Positions 37,303-37,320 of a stretch of DNA of 37,320 nucleotides are shown here, one piece after another. The notes under the pieces are model-generated. The model saw nothing but the letters and a program-made list of their open reading frames with translations. It was not told where the DNA came from and did no database searches. Where the stretch lies: contig JBGTHM010000095.1 of assembly GCA_041746255.1 (NCBI GenBank), positions 1 to 37,320 of the forward strand, read 5' to 3'. Source of the stretch: Fibrobacteria bacterium (GTDB taxonomy: Bacteria; Fibrobacterota; Fibrobacteria; UBA11236). The position numbers and the translations under genes were made by a program. The first letter of the stretch is position 1, and every line of letters begins with the position of its first letter.

Positions 37303-37320
37303 GCGCGATGCCGTCCGATT

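Overview
Bacterial chromosomal window, most likely Fibrobacterota (inferred from a TIGR02147/DUF4423 gene, Fibrobacter-type outer-membrane proteins and many secreted proteins with short T9SS-like C-terminal tails). Left third: a stand-alone EF-G, a secreted amidohydrolase, an AbiE-like regulator/nucleotidyltransferase pair with a perfect upstream inverted repeat, an orphan DnaG-like primase, murB, a GT2 gene, and decayed GH5 and sulfatase genes. Centre (12.6-19.9 kb): a nine-gene extracytoplasmic redox/flavinylation operon (DUF4266, DUF3570, TlpA, DsbD/CcdA, c-type cytochrome lipoprotein, a secreted FN3/carboxypeptidase-regulatory-like protein with a Cys-flanked DxxTGAS flavinylation motif, ApbE, NusG-II/DUF1312, Gx-transporter/EcfT-like fusion). 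Right half: secreted proteins (cupredoxin, TolB-like/TPR, DUF1080, beta-propeller, two paralogous nucleoside-hydrolase-like proteins), three tandem paralogous outer-membrane proteins and IS3/IS256 remnants. A ~150-bp non-coding element recurs three times, and its palindromic core GTTT-N8-AAAC occurs five times upstream of secreted-protein genes. No rRNA, tRNA or CRISPR array was seen. All family calls come from motif recognition, not database searches.
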